NCBI GenBank assembly: GCA_964016885.1 | Contig: OZ024741.1 | Span: 337,528,001 to 337,592,000 of the forward strand | Direction: 5' to 3' | Length of the DNA: 64,000 nt | From: Eledone cirrhosa | Taxonomy: Eukaryota | Shown here: piece by piece, positions 13,075 through 28,600 of the stretch | Layout of the letters: every line of letters starts with the position of its first letter | Numbering within the stretch: position 1 is the stretch's first letter | Notes under the pieces: generated by a model | The model's database searches: none | What the model saw: the letters and a program-made list of their open reading frames with translations, nothing else | Told to the model about the DNA's origin: nothing | Translations under genes and position numbers: made by a program

Positions 13075-13260
13075 TTATGCTGCATGTGACATCCCAGACA
13101 AGGGGTTTACCACCGCGGAACTGGAAGTTGGTCGTGCCATCTGGCCTTTTGCCGGCCCCTTCGGTCCAGCCCCACCGGCTCGAGCTGGGATGGGAAGCCT
13201 GCAGCATCCAAGTCATGCTTTATGACCTCATTGAGTGCAGCATGACATGGAAGGCAGCCA
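13075..13260 (-). pseudogene. Fragment of restriction-like endonuclease domain of a CRE/R2-type non-LTR retrotransposon
   Basis: [24 protein letters not shown] matches the RPDG...G..L.WDVT motif. Confidence 0.65.
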
Positions 13261-13682
13261 GCACTGTAGCGACAGGAAAGCAGATGGCGTCCATAATTTT
13301 TGATTTAGACACAAGGCCAACAATTTTGGGGGAGGGCAATGTTGATTAAGTCAATGCCAGTATGTTACTAGATCTTTATTTTATCAACCCTGTAAGGAGG
13401 AAAGGTGGAGCTAATCTCTGCAGGATTTGAACTCAGAATGTAAGCGGCATAACTCTATGCTGCAAAGCATGTTGTCCAATGCTCTACTGATTACTGCCAA
13501 GCCCCTACCACTCTAGCTTAATGAGAATGTGTGTTATTACTAAAATCCTCCAAATTGTTGAATATTAATATTTCAACTTTTTTTAATAAACAATTTTATT
13601 CAAAATTTTAAACCTTTGTTCAGTTTCCTAAACTTTTTCCACCAGATATAACTTAAATTAGTATAGAGTTCAATTGACAAGA

Positions 13683-13912
13683 TCATCATCATCATCATCA
13701 TCATCACCGTTTTATGTCCATTCTTCCATACTAGCATGGGTTAGATGAGTTGTCCTGTTGTGGGCAATGCCAGGTCAGGTGACCGTGACTTGCTCATACA
13801 GAACTGATTTTGGCTTGGTTTCTACAGCTGGATGCCCTTCCTAATACCAACCTCATTTAGAGTGAGTACTGGGTGCTTTTTACCATGGCACCTACACAAC
13901 CACTTTACAGTG
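13683..13912 (-). mobile_element. RTE 3'-UTR solo tail
   Basis: (CAT)n-CACCGTTTTATGTCC...GGATGCCCTTCCTAA, collinear with 25357-25585. Confidence 0.85.
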
Positions 13913-14496
13913 TTTCCATTGGTCTTTCCCTTGCTGATACTATCTACTGGTCAAAACTCCTGGTAGATAGATGAAATTAAAAGAAGAAAAAATGGAGGAC
14001 TGGAACAAGACCAGCACATCCATTCAAACACGTGCCACAACAAAGGGGTGCTGGAGTTTCCTTCAAATAATTTGTTATGCAAGCTAACACATTCATCACA
14101 TTACTATGGATGATAGTGATGCTAAAGCACTGAAACAACCAAACATACTTGCAGGAATCACCTGACACCTTGGTAAAATGAGCTGCCAACATAAATACAG
14201 AAAATAGAGCAATGAAAGATTAATGCTAGCTAGCAAATAATTTAGTATTGTTTAATCATATCTGATTTTCATATGGGTTTAAAGGCTCACGTGTGTAATG
14301 CAGAGGTATAATCAATTGAATCAACAAAAGGACACACCCAGGATATATTTGATCAACCCTGAAGAGATGAATAGAGAAATCTGTCAATGTGTTTAGTTCA
14401 GTGACAGACCTGGTCAGCTAATCCATTTTCCTTAATTAATTGAAATAATGATAATGAAATAATAACAATATATTTTATATATATATATATATATAT

Positions 14497-14498
<2 letters not shown>

Positions 14499-14581
<83 letters not shown>
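14499..14581. repeat. (GA)n microsatellite
   Basis: About 40 perfect GA units. Confidence 0.98.
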
Positions 14582-14584
<3 letters not shown>

Positions 14585-14749
14585 GGGAAAGATCCTTCCA
14601 GTATATGTATACACCTTAATAAACTCATTCTTCTGCTATTAATGTAAATATTCTCTGCATTTCACTTCAGATACATAGTTTTCAGATACATAGTTGTCTT
14701 TGCTACAGAGACAAAAGCAATATATATATATTTGTATGCGTCGTCATAC

Positions 14750-16630
14750 CAAATGTTTGCCACAGCAGCATCATTGTCAATTGCTACAAGGTAATGGAAA
14801 TGCACTAGATAGAGGTAACTATAGAGGTATAAAACTGATGAACAAAGTCATGAAAGTAACAGAAAATGTCATAGCACAGTTGATTAATGAGAGGGTAAAT
14901 CTAGATGAGATGCAGTTTAGATTTGTCCCAGCCAAAAGCACCACTGATATCCTCTTCCTTATGAGACAGTTACAGGAAAAGTATCTAGCTAAAAGTAAGC
15001 CTCTCTACCTGGCATTTGTTGATCTGGAGAAAGCTTTTAACAGAGTGCCCTGTGACATAATTTGGTGGGCTCTTAGAAAACTCGTTGATGAATGGCTTGT
15101 GAAGGCTGTACAAGCCATGTAGAGAGGCGCAGTCAGCAAAGTCAGAATTAACAATGACTATAGCAAGGAATTTAGTGTACAAGTTGGTGTTCACCAGGGC
15201 TCAGTTCTTAGCCTGCTCCTGTTTATTATCACTTTGCAGGCTATAACAGAGGAGTTTAAGAGTGGCTTCCCATGGGAACTTCTGTACACAGATGATCTTA
15301 TGCTCATAGCTGAATCTATGGTGGAACTAGAGAAGAAACTCCAAACATAGAAGCAGAGCCTAGAAAGAAGGGATCTTAAAGTCAACCTGACAAAGACAAA
15401 GGTCCTAGTAAGTAGATGAGAAAACAGAACCTAGATCCCCTCGGGGAAATGGCCTTGTTCAGTAGGAAAGACATAGGCAGAAACTCCATCCTCTGCCCCA
15501 TATGCAAACTATGGGTACACAAGAGATGTAGTGGGATCTCAGGAAGTTTAGCTAAGAATGTAGGCTTTACATGTAGCAGTTGCACTGAAACAGTAAGCAG
15601 CAAAGGACTGCAGGAAACAAGTGCTACCAAATTCTAGGAGGGCTCTGTAAAAACAGTAGACAGCTTCTGCTACTTAGGTGATCGAATTAGCAGCATTGGT
15701 GGGTGTTCTGAAAGTACAGTAGCCAGAGTAAGAACGGGATGGAGAAAGTTCAGGGAGCTACTATCACTGCTGGCTACAAAAAGCTTCTCCCTTAAAATAA
15801 AAGGCAGACTGTATGATGCATGCATACAAACAGCTATGCTGGATGGTAGTGAGACCTGGACCCTGTGTGCAGTAGACTTGCATAGATTGGAAAGAAATGA
15901 AGCTTGCATGCTCCGATGGATGTGTAATAGTAATATACGAGAACAGCGAAGCATAAATGAATTGAGAGAAAAACTATGCATAAGAGGAATCAAATGCTGT
16001 GTGCAGGAGTGGAGGTTACATTGGTATGGACATGTGATGCATATGAAGGATGACAGCTGCATAAAAAAATGCAAAGCTCTCAAGGTTGATCGAAGCCTTG
16101 GAGTGGGGAAACCTAGGAAGACTTGGGATGAGGGGATAAAAGCTGACCTTGCCCAATTGCACCTCTCAAAGGCAATGACATATGACTGAGATCTCTGGTG
16201 ACGCAGTAATACAGAAGACCTAACTTCCTATGAGCATATATGCAGTATGCTACACCCCACCCTCCCATACACCCCCATGAGGACAGATCAAAGTAAATGC
16301 ATCTGTGCATCCCCCAGCTCACACTGTAAAGTGGTCATGAGGGTAACATGGCAAACAGTGCCCAGCCCACACTGTAAAGTGGTTGTGTAGGTACCAACAA
16401 AAAGCACCCAGCCCACACTGTAAAGTGGTCATGTAGGCATCATGACAAAAAACACCCACTACTCACTGTAAATGAGGTTGGCATTAGGAAGGGCATCCAG
16501 CTGTAGAAACCAAGCCAGAATCAGTCTGGTATGTGCAAGACATGGTCACCTAGACTAGGATTGCCCACAACAGGATAACCCATCTAACCCATGCTAGCAT
16601 GGAAAATGGATGTAAGAAAAATGATGATAT
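14750..16630 (+). pseudogene. 5'-truncated decayed RTE LINE (RT, C-terminus, 3' UTR)
   Basis: NYRGIKLM, AFVDLEKAFNRVP, VGVHQGSVLS, YTDD, GSETW; in-frame stops; 3' UTR ends in GAT repeats near 16625. Confidence 0.92.
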
Positions 16631-16719
16631 GTGTATATACACAGAAATATATATATATGTACCATATGTATATATATATACATGTGTGTATGTTATTTTG
16701 GGTCCACAAAACTTCCAGC

Positions 16720-16995
16720 CCCCACTGTAAAGTAGTCGTGTAGGTGTCACGACAAAAATACCCAGCCCACATTGTAAAGTGGTCATGTAAAAGACATGGC
16801 AAAAAGCACCCAACACACACTGTAAATGTGGTTGGCGCTAGGAAGGGCATCCAGCCATATAAAACCAGCCAGAAACAGTCCTATATGAGCAAGACATACT
16901 CACCTGATCCAATTTGCCTCTAAATGGGATAAACCCATCTAACCCATGTTAGTGTGGAAGATAGACGTTAAACGAGGATGATGATGGTAATGATA
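16720..16995 (+). mobile_element. RTE 3'-UTR solo tail
   Basis: CACTGTAAAG...TAGGAAGGGCATCCAGCC...GACGTTAAACGAGGATGATGATG. Confidence 0.8.
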
Positions 16996-17061
16996 TACAT
17001 ATATATATATAAGGAATGAATAATAACAGGTAGACATCATAAAAAGGTAATTTATTCTGTG

Positions 17062-17172
17062 TGCTTACAAATGTTTCCACAGTGGTTATACAGCCTAGTT
17101 ATGCTATGTGCAAATTTACAACTATTTGCAAAACTCAAATATCAAATGCTGTGACCACTGTATCATCAGAGC

Positions 17173-17173
<1 letters not shown>
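17062..17173 (-). ncRNA. Type I hammerhead ribozyme with long stem II
   Basis: Minus strand: TGCT-CTGATGA-TACAGTGGT...ACCACTGTG-GAAA-CATTTG-TA-AGCA; all core nucleotides intact, GUA site, AATAAA just downstream; unit bounded by (TA)n. Confidence 0.8.
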
Positions 17174-17204
<31 letters not shown>

Positions 17205-17997
17205 CGTTTCTGAATTTGTTTAGCAAGATTCTTTATCTGAAATCGTGTGTTGAAACCGATATTGTTATACTTTGGGAGGGTCATGTTGCCAATAAGAAAC
17301 ACACGCACCAGTTGCTTTCACTTCAATTTATTATATATTTATAAATTTATTTCTAACTTTTGTTAGAAATATTGTAATAAAATGGTTAATGTACTGGAAA
17401 TAATTCTTTCTGGCACTGAAACAAGGCCAGTCATTTGAGAGTTGGAGAAATTTGATTATATGAACCCCAGTACATAATGAGTACTTTATTTTATAAACTC
17501 TGGAAGGGTGAAAGACAAAGTTGAATGTTGAAGGATTTTGAACTTAGAACATAAAAAGTCGTAACTAAATACCACAAAGCATTTTGTCTGACACTCTACC
17601 AATTCTTCTAATCTATCATCCCGATACACAGTAAATTATATTAACAGTAATCTTCATAACAGCCAGGACAATAAATTTATAAAAGTATTAAATACAGAAA
17701 ACAATGCAATGAAAGAATAAATGCTAGCTAACAAGTAATTTAGTATTGTTTAATCATATCTTATTTTCATATGGGTTTAAAGGCTCACGTGTATAATGCA
17801 AAGGTATAATCAATTGAATCAACAGAGGGACACACCCAGGATATATTTTATCAACCCTGAAGAGGTGAATAAGAAAAGTCTGTCTAGGTAATTTGTTCAG
17901 TGACAGACCTCGTCAGCTAATCCATTTTCCTTAATTAATTGAAATAATCATGATTTCTAATATTAGTAATATTCGTATATATATATGTGTGTGTGTG

Positions 17998-19438
<1,441 letters not shown>

Positions 19439-20186
19439 CAACAACAGACACACAGACACAAACAACAATAACAACAACGCACACATCAACAACAACAACA
19501 ATAGCAACATACCTAGAAACAACAACAACAGACACGCAGACACAAACAACAATAACAACACACACAACAACGATAACACGCGGAGACAACAACAACACAC
19601 ATCAACAACAGCACACATCAACAACAACAACACACACGCATTCAATGCCTCTCACCACCACCACAATCTTAACAAACACACAGACACAGAAAACAAGTAA
19701 TGACAGTAGCACAGAAATCAGAGAAATAAGGGAAAGTAATAAGATTAAAAGGAAAAGGAGAAGGGAGACTAAGGACAAAGAGAATAACCAAGACGAACAC
19801 ACAGACACACAAAATAGGGTAGATAACAACATTGAGCCAGTGGAAAGAGACAGGAGTAATTATGAGAGACATAGAAACAACCATGAGGCTGTTGGTGGAA
19901 ATAGAAATAGAAACAACACAACTAACAATAACAATAGCACTAGTACACATAAAGCAGCAGCCTGGAACTCTCCGTTTTATAATCCCTCCGATAAATCATT
20001 CGACCTGCGACGAGTCCACGCCACGACTTTACCATTTAACAAACGCACGCAGTTGCCGTCGCAGGTCGATGAACAAACAGAAGCACAATTTAAGCTAAAT
20101 CCGAACTTAGAAATATTATAGAACAGTATAACAAGAAGCATAATAGAATAGAGGCCCAGCAACTGGGAGAAAAATCTGCAAATGGC

Positions 20187-21897
20187 TTGCGTAAGCTCAT
20201 GCAGCGCTCACGTAATGGAGAGATAGCATGCTTTCCAACAGACAAGTCTGGCAGATTGTCGGTTGACAGCCTGCCAAACTACATCCAGGCAATGCAACCC
20301 CACATCACTAACACAAGAGAGGTAACACCACAGGAGCATGAGGATAGAGAAAAAGCCCTCAATGCCCATATGGTGATGTGGACGAATATAATGCAGCCCA
20401 ACAAAAGGACGGCCAACAACTTCCAGGCCTGGAACAATGACGTGCCGGCGTTGTATGGGCTTCGAAAAGACCATAAAACGGGCTGTGACCCTGTCGCGGG
20501 ACCACCAACACGGCCAGTCTGTGGAGCTAACATTGCTAGTAACTACAGACTGTCCTACTTCCTCTCCCTGATCATACGCCCCATCATTGAGATGTCCCCA
20601 GATGTATGTGACAGCACGGAGGACCTCCTCAGCAGAATCGGCGTGAGTAACCGATCTGGGGACCTAACAAACTGCATAATAGGCAGTATGGATGTTGTGT
20701 CCCTGTATCCATCTATTGACGTGGATTTTGCTGTGGAGAAATGCGTAGAAATGATCAGCGAGAGCAAGGTTGAGTTCCGTGGGATTGATACCAGTGAGCT
20801 AGGACTTCTACTTAAGCTTACCCATAGTAATAGTTACCTAGACACTTATGACCTTAGCAACCTGTGCCCTACAAGACCAGCAAGAGGCAGACCACCTACC
20901 ATTACCTCAATGGCCAAGAAAACCCACACAGATAGATGGAACGGGTGGACCAGAGCCATACGGACACCCGAAAACCACGATGAACTGAAGAAAATGATTG
21001 CACATGCGGTAGGGGCCAGCATAAAATTAACCCTTAAGGAACATATGTTCAAATTTAATGGAAAAACATATGCCCAAGAGGAAGGAGCAGCCATTGGTGT
21101 TAGCATTGCAGGCGACATAGCTAACTTATTCATGGTATGGTGGGACAGTAGACTTAAACTTAAACTTAAAGAACAATTAGAAGACAGCTTAACCCTGATA
21201 ATGTACTCCCGCTACGTAGATGATATAAACATCGTAGTTAAGACACCCCCACTAGAGAACAGTCAGGAACTAGAGAAAAACACAATGGAAAGCATCCAGC
21301 AAATAGCAAACTCCATCCACCAGAGCATTAGAGTTACTATAGACTACCCAAGTAGACACCCCAACCATCGATTACCTATACTAGACACAGAGCTCTGGTT
21401 AGATACATTTAACAACCAAAAACAAATCCTCCATTCCCATTATGCCAAACCCATGACTTCCAAACATCTGATCCACCGAAACTCGGCCATTTCGGACCAT
21501 ACCAAAATCAACATACTGATTGCGGATTTGGTACGGGTGATGAGAAATGTGTCCCGCATGTGCAACCCCGAAGAACTAGAGAGACACATACAACACTTCA
21601 TCCACCGTATGCAGTTCTCTGGCTACAATCAGAGAGATAGAATCAGAGTGTATAGAGGAGCCAGAACCAAATGGGAAAAAATGATAAATAATGACATAAA
21701 CGGGACCTGCCCCTTGTATAGGAGCAAATTTTGGAATAGAATAGAAAGAACTAGGAACAAGGCCAATAGAATAAACTCATGGTATGATAGCAATAAATAC
21801 CAGAGTGTAATGTTCATCAATACAACCCCTAGAGGCGAACTAGCCTACAAATTTAGAAGGGCCCTAAATAAACATAAACTCAATATTAAGATGGTAG
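20187..21897 (+). CDS. Penelope-like reverse transcriptase (Nematis/Neptune-like), 3'-truncated
   Basis: Open frame with PTDKSG, LYGLRKDHK, PTRPVCGA, SMDVVSLYPSID, GAAIG, YSRYVDD, LPILD; Asn/Thr-rich upstream region 19439-20180 disrupted by stops; ORF runs into RTE sequence at 21898. Confidence 0.9.
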
Positions 21898-24648
21898 TTT
21901 CTACCTACGCCTTTCCTACACACTGAGCATGGCCATTTCCCGGAAGGGACCGGCGCCTTATTTTCTTTCCTACAAACTAGAACTTTAGTCTTAGCCAGGT
22001 TAATTTTAAGGCCTTTTGATTCTAGGCCGTGCTTCCATGTTTGGAATTTCTTCTCTAGCTCGGCCATTGATTCAGCTATGAGCGTTAGATCATCTGCGTA
22101 TAGGAGTTCCCATGGGCAGCCGGTCTTGAACTCCTCTGTTATAGCCTGAAGGGCAATAATAAATAGGAGGGGGCTAAGAACAGAGCCCTGATGGACACCA
22201 ACTTTTACGCTAAACTCTTCACTATATTCGTTGTTAATTCTAACCTTGCTGACTGTTTCTTTATACATGGCTTGTATAGCCCTCACAAGCCATTCGTCAA
22301 CACCTAGTTTTCTAAGGGCCCGCCAGATAATGGAACGGGGGACTCTGTCGAAGGCTTTCTCCAAGTCAACAAAAGCTAAGTAGAGGGGTTTACCTTTAGC
22401 TAGGTACTTCTCCTGTAGTTGTCGTACAATGAAAAGAGCGTCTGTGGTACTTTTGCCTGACACAAACCCGAACTGCATTTCATCTAGATCAATTCTCTCT
22501 CTGATTAGTTGCGCTATTACTTTTTCCATGACCTTCATGACCTGGTCGATTAATTTAATGCCTCTATAGTTACACCTATCTAGGGCATCTCCTTTACCCT
22601 TGTAACAGTTAATGATGATGCTGCTACGCCAGTCCTTCGGATCAACCCCATTCTGTATGACTTGGTTTACTATCTGGGAGACCATGGTGTGTCCCACCGT
22701 TCCAGAGGCTTTCAGCATCTCAGCAACTATTTCCGAAGGCCCAGCCGCCTTACCCGCCTTCATATCTTTGATTGCGTTACTTATTATACTACCTTCGACT
22801 AACACTGCTGGTCCCTCTATTGGGTCGATGTGGGGGAGACTGTCTTTCTCCCATTTATTCTCCTCATTTAGAAGCCTTTCGTAGTGACTCTTCCAAGCTA
22901 CCTTCTTATCGGCGTCAGTGATGGCAAGTACGCCTTCATCATTAAGTACACACTTCTCCCCGACAATATCACGGTTTTCCTTGACACATTGCCTAGCAAT
23001 CCTGAACACCTCACGTTTTTGGTCCTCGCGTTGTAGAACATGCTTGAACTTTCTTTCCTCTGCTTCCCTTCTTGCGAAGTACACTTGTCTCCTAGCTTCC
23101 CTCCTGGCCACTTGATAGTCTTCTCTACTTCCCCCATCCCGCCATACTTTCCAAGTCTGTTTTTTGGCCTTAATTGACCCCTCCACCTTACTGTTCCACC
23201 ACCATGTTACTCTCCTCCTACCTACAGGCCTGCTCCAGCCACAGACTTCGTCTGCCGCCGTCAGCAGGTTTGCTTTCAGGAATTCCCACTGTTCCTCTAT
23301 ATTATACGACTCTAATTGCTCTTCCTTACTGTCGAAAGCATCAAGTAATATGCTTTGAAATTTATTTCTGGCTGTGGGGTCCTTTAGCTTCCATATTTTT
23401 CTCCTGAGGATAGTCCTCTTCTGCTGTCTAGTACGTCTCGTCCTGACTATGAGGTCGCTAATTATCAGTCTATGTTGGGAGGTGCATTCTTCATGGGGGA
23501 GGGATTTAGTGTTAACAACAGACACTCTGTCACGTCTTCTGGTAAGGATATAATCTACCTGGCTTGTGTGTTCCCCCAATCTATAGGTGATCAAGTGATC
23601 GTCTCGTTTTTTGAAGTTAGTGTTACAGATAGTTAGGTTATTTGCGTCACAGAATTCCAGGATTCTGGAGCCTTCCTCATTTCTAGTACCGAACCCATAG
23701 CCTCCATGGATTCCGTCATAGCCGTCACAATGTTGTCCAAAGTGACCGTTTAGGTCGCCTGCAATAATTATATAGTCACTGTCAGTTATTTGGGAGGTAG
23801 CGAGCATCAGTGTCTCATAGAATCTGTCTTTTATAGCGCCGGGCAGTCCGGATTGGGGTGCGTACGCAGATATTACTGTCACCGTAGTTCTATTGAGGAC
23901 AAGTCTTATTTTCATTATTCTGTCGTTCACTCTATTTACGTCTATTTCTTATCTGCCCACTTTTCTGCTACCATGATTCCTACTCCACCCAGCCCATTGT
24001 CATTTCCCACCCAGAAAAGCTTATAGCATCGTTCTTTACCCACGATGAATCTAGCAGACCCTCCCTTCCACCTGGTCTCTTGAATACAACAAACATCGAC
24101 CTCCTTACGTTCAAGCATTTCTACAACCTCGTTAGAGCGACCCTTTAAGGTACCTACATTCATGGTACCAACTCTGAAGTTTTGGATTGCGTTTGGAGGG
24201 TGGGGGCGGTGGGAGCGGGGGGGGGGGATAGCGGAGTTGGGGTTATGTTAGTCATCCGCGGCCGAAACAAGGGGGAGTGCTTGCATTCTCGTCCACGAGG
24301 TGAATTTGTCTTTATCTTTGGCATTGTCGCTGAGCGTCCAGATTTTTCTCTTCAACTCTCCAGAATTCCGTAGTCCATCCATCATATCGGAAGGCAACCA
24401 GGTAAGTGATAGGCCTGACTTATGATTGGTCCACATAATAATAATGGTGGTGCGTGGGGGCGCGGGGGGGGATGTTGGGTAGTTAGCGAGAAGGTAAGGT
24501 TATAAATAAGATGCCCATATTTTGGGCATAATTTAACAAGCACAAGATTTGTTTCGGAAAATACGATAGAGAAATACGATAGAGAATGGTGAATGAATGG
24601 AACTAACGGGTTAAAAATGGAGAGAGAATGGAGAAAATATTTGTCTAC
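21898..24648 (-). mobile_element. RTE LINE, 5'-intact but 3'-truncated, one frameshift
   Basis: ORFs 23942-24163 (MNVGTL...CIQETRW) and 21864-23930 (AYAPQ, GDLNG, DLEKAFD, QGSVLSP, YADD); breaks at CSVCRKGVGRN; 5' end abuts (TA)n. Confidence 0.95.
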
Positions 24649-25069
24649 ATATATATATATATATATATGAATGTATATATAGTGTATTTTGCAATACACT
24701 TTATGCTTAATTAAAAGCATTTTGAAGACCGTATGCTATTGCTTTAGAGTAGTGACAGACTCACTTACTTTAATTTCAGCAAACAGGGGGAGATAAAGTT
24801 GGAGCACCTTTTGTTCATAGGCTTACTCTATCAGAGCTAGCCTTGTTCTAAACAGTGGTGGAAGATTGGAGGAATGAACCTCTGTCGGTTCCAATGCCAA
24901 GTGTTCCTGTTGTTTGAACAATGGAACAGCCTGCTCATGAAATTAACATTCAAGTGGCTGAGCATTCCACAGATATGTGTACTCTTAACATAGTTCTCAG
25001 AGAATCAGTGTAACACAGTGTATGACAAGGGTGACCCTTTGAATTACTTGTACAGTCCATCTTGTACTG

Positions 25070-25320
25070 TAGTGACAAAAAAACACACAGTCCACGCTGT
25101 AATGTGGTCGTGTAGGTAACACGGTAAAAAGTTCCCAGTTCCACACTATAAATGTGGTTGGTGTTAGGAAGGGCATCCAGCCGTAGAAAACCTGCCAGAT
25201 AGTCCTATATGAGCGAGACACGGTCACCCGACCAGCCTTGCCTCAAGTGGGGCAACTCCCGTCTAACCAATGCTAGCGTGGTGGAAAATGAACGTTAAAC
25301 AAAGATGACGAAGATGATGA
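25070..25320 (+). mobile_element. RTE-like 3' tail (second subfamily)
   Basis: Near copy of 44286-44510; ends AACGTTAAAC...GATGATGA. Confidence 0.8.
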
Positions 25321-25658
25321 TATATATATTCATTCATATATATATATATATATATATCATCATCATCATCATCATCATCACCGTTTTACGTCCGTTCTTC
25401 CACGCTAGCATGGGTTAGACGGGTTGTCCTGTTGTGGGCAGTGTCTGGTCGGCTGACCATGCCTTGCTCATACAGGAACTGATCTGGCTTGATTTCTACA
25501 GCTGGATGCCCTTCCTAACACCAACCTCATTTACAGTGAGTGCTGGGTGCTTTTTCGTGGCGCCTACACGTCCACTTTACAGTGTGGGCTGGGTGCTTTT
25601 TTGCCGTGGCACCTCCACGACCACCTTGCGGTGGGGGGGGGCATATTGTTTATATGCT

Positions 25659-28600
25659 TCAGCATGTACCCATGGGAGGTCGGGTACCCTGTATTACTGC
25701 GTGACGCCAGAAGTCACGGTCGTGTGTCATTGACTTTGAGAGGTGTAGTTGGGTAAGGTCGGCTTTTATCACCTCATCCCAAGTCATCTTGGGTCTCCCC
25801 ACTCCGCGGTTTCCATCAACTTCTAGTGCTCTGCACCTTTTTATGCAGCTGTCATCCTTCATACGCATCACATGTACATACCAGCGTAACCGCCTCTCCT
25901 GCACGCAGCATTTGATTCCTCTTATGCTCAGTCTCTCTCTCAATTCATTTATGCTTTGTCGTTCACGTATATTACTGTTACACATCCATCGGAGCATGCA
26001 GGCTTCGTTTCTCTCTAATCTACGTAAGTCTTCCACCTTCAGCGCCCAGGTCTCACTACCATGCAACATCGCTGTTCGGATACACGCATCATACAGTCTG
26101 CCTTTCATTCTGAGGGAGAAGCCTTTTGCAGCTAGCAGTGGTAGTAGTTCCCTAAACTTCTTCCATCCCGTTCTTACCCTAGTTATTGTACTTTCTGAGC
26201 ACCCACCTCCGTTGCTAATTCGGTCACCTAGGTAGTAGAAGCTGTCTACTGTTTCTACAGGGCCCTCCCAGAGATTGGTGGTACTTGTTTCCTGTGGCTG
26301 TTTGCTTGCTGTTTCAGCACAGCTGCTGCATGTGAATCCTACATTCTTAATTAAGCTTCCTGAGATCCCGCTACATCTCTTGTGTACCCATTGTTTGCAT
26401 TTGGGGCCGAGAATGGAGTTCCTACCTACACCTTTCCTACATACTGAGCAAGGCCATTTCCCTGAGGGGATCTGGGTTCTGTTTTCTCGTCTACTTATAA
26501 GGACCTTAGTCTTTGTCATGTTGACTTTGAGGCCCTTTCTCTCTAGTCCCTGCTTCCAGGTTTGGAATTTATTCTCTAGTTCTACCATAGATTCAGCTAT
26601 GAGTGCGAGGTCATCAGTATACAGGAGTTCCCATGGGCATCCGGTCTTAAACTCCTCCGTTATTGCCTGCAGGACTATGATGAACAGGAGAGGGCTAAGA
26701 ACAGAGCCCTGGTGGACCCCAACCTGTACGCTAAATTCCTCGCTATACTCATTGCCAATCCTAACTTTGCTGACTGCTCCCCTATACATGGCTTGTACCG
26801 CTTTCACAAGCCATTCATCTACTCCTAGTTTTCTAAGAGCCCACCAGATTACTGCACGTGGAACTCTGTCAAAGGCTTTCTCAAGGTCGACAAATGCCAA
26901 GTAGAGTGGCTTACTTTTAGCTAGGTACTTTTCCTGTAATTGCCTCACAAGGAAGAGCGCATCAGTGGTGCCTTTCCCTGGTACAAACCCAAATTGCATC
27001 TCGTCTATATTCACCCGGTCCCTAATCAGCTGTGCTATAACTCTTTCTGTTACTTTCATGACCTGGTCCATCAACTTTATACCTCTATAGTTTCCTCTAT
27101 CTAGTGCATCGCCTTTACCTTTGTAGCAGTTGACAATGATGCTACTGCACCAATCTTTTGGTATGGCCCCCTCTAGTATTACCTGGTTAACGATACGTGT
27201 GGTTATAGTGTGACCTACAGACCCAGATGCCTTCAGCATCTCGGCAGCTATACCCGATGGACCGGTTGCCTTCCCTATCTTCATATCTCTGATTGCCTTA
27301 CTTACTACGCTGCCGCTGACTTGTACTGCTGGTCCCTCTATAGGGTCTACGTGGGGTAGGGTCTCTTCTTCCCATGCATTCTCCTCATTTAGTAATCTAT
27401 CATAATGACTCTTCCATGCATCTTTCTTCTCAGCACTTGTGAGGGCAAGCTCACCTTTATCATTCCGGATACACTTCTCTCCAATGACATCACAACTATC
27501 TCTGACACACTGCCTCGCAATCTTGAATACCTCCTGTTTCTGGTCCTCACGTTGTAAAACAGGCTTGAATTTTCTATCCTCTGCTTCCCTCCTAGCTAAG
27601 TATACTTGTCGCCTAGCTTCCCTCTTGGTCTCTATGTAATGTACCCTGCTCCCCCCGTTCTTCCATTCTTTCCATGCCTGTCTCTTGGCCTTGACTGCTT
27701 CATCTACCTTATTGTTCCACCACCAAGTCACTCTCCTCCTGCTTGAGGTCTTACTCCAGCCACAAACCTCATCCGTCGCCTCTAGTAAGTTATTTTTTAG
27801 GAACTCCCAGTTCTCTTCTACGTTAAATGTCTCTATCTGTTCTTCTTTACTGTCGTAGGCGTTGAGTAAAATATCTTTAAATCTGTTACTGGTTGAGGGG
27901 ACTTTCAGCTTCCAGATCTTTCTTCTCCAGGTTGGCCTCTGTTTCAGGGCTCGTCTAGTTCTGACCGTGAGGTCGCTGACAACTAAGCTATGTTGGGATG
28001 TACATTCCTCACTAGGAAAGGCTTTTGTTTTTACGACCGTCCATCTGTCACGTCCTCTGATGAGGATAAAATCTAACTGACTAGAGTGCTCCCCTGATCT
28101 ATAGGTGATCAGGTGGTTGTCGGGTTTTTTAAAGTTTGTGTTACATATCGACATGTCATTGGCGTCGCAGAATTCTAGAAGTCTGAATCCTTCCTCATTC
28201 CTTGTGCCAACTCCATGGCCTCCATGTACTCTATTGAAGCCGTCGCTGTGTTTACCTACGTGTCCGTTAAAATCTCCTGCAATGATTAGGAAGTCCTTGT
28301 CGTCTGTTAGAGCAGTAGTGTGTATTAGGGACTCGTAAAACCTATCCTTAAGTTCGTCTGGCAGCCCCGATTGGGGTGCGTAAGCTGATATTATTGTGGT
28401 AATTGTCTTATTCAGGACTAGTCTGAGTTTAATGATTCTTGCATTTACCCTGTACACTGAGATTACTTTATCTACCCACTTGTCAGCTAATAGTATACCT
28501 ACACCACCCATCCCATCGTCATTTCCCACCCAGAAAAATTTGTAGCACTGGCTTTTTCCTACAAGGACTCTAGCAGACCCTCCTCTCCATCTAGTCTCTT

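Noticed and set aside
19439-19645. Hydrophobic N-terminal extension of ORF 18857-19645
   Set aside because: Antisense reading of the CAA-rich PLE segment beyond the inversion junction
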